Shown piece by piece: positions 63,900-64,000 of a stretch of 64,000 bases of DNA. Location of the stretch: assembly GCF_006345805.1 (NCBI RefSeq), contig NC_042998.1:92628001-92692000 (forward strand). Direction: 5' to 3'. The stretch comes from Octopus sinensis. Its lineage: Eukaryota. The position numbers and the translations under genes were made by a program. The notes beneath the pieces are model-generated. The model saw only the letters and a program-made list of their open reading frames with translations, was not told the DNA's origin and ran no database searches. How positions within the stretch are numbered: position 1 is the first letter of the stretch; each line of letters begins with the position of its first letter.

Positions 63900-64000
63900 T
63901 TATTGTACTGTATTTTTATTTTGTATTTTATTTTGTAATTTTATTTGTATCGTTTTTACGTCCTGTTTTTGTCACATTTTTTTCTTTCCTTGTTTTTACC

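Overview
AT-rich, microsatellite-dense animal genomic DNA. From memory, the SINE families and repeat content best fit an octopus; this is not verified. I found no intact protein-coding gene. The window is a graveyard of nested transposons: Helitron, hAT, pogo/Tigger, Merlin, Gypsy LTR, RTE, CRE-like and R4/NeSL-like LINEs, Penelope-like elements (PLE) and several tRNA-derived SINE families. The standout is 53311-55217, an apparently non-coding ~533-bp unit present as two tandem copies and then two inverted copies, forming a ~1.8-kb fold-back between (TA)n tracts. Every unit carries a complete type-I hammerhead ribozyme: CUGACGA and GAAA cores, GUC cleavage site, 4-bp stem II, palindromic stem III and a 13-bp stem I. 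This is a retrozyme/PLE-pLTR-like array predicted to self-process into ~530-534-nt monomer RNAs. Degenerate hammerhead motifs from at least three other families lie at 8261-8314, 8613-8647/9503-9537 and 60967-61050. All alignments and folds were done by eye, and element boundaries are approximate unless a TIR or TSD is quoted.
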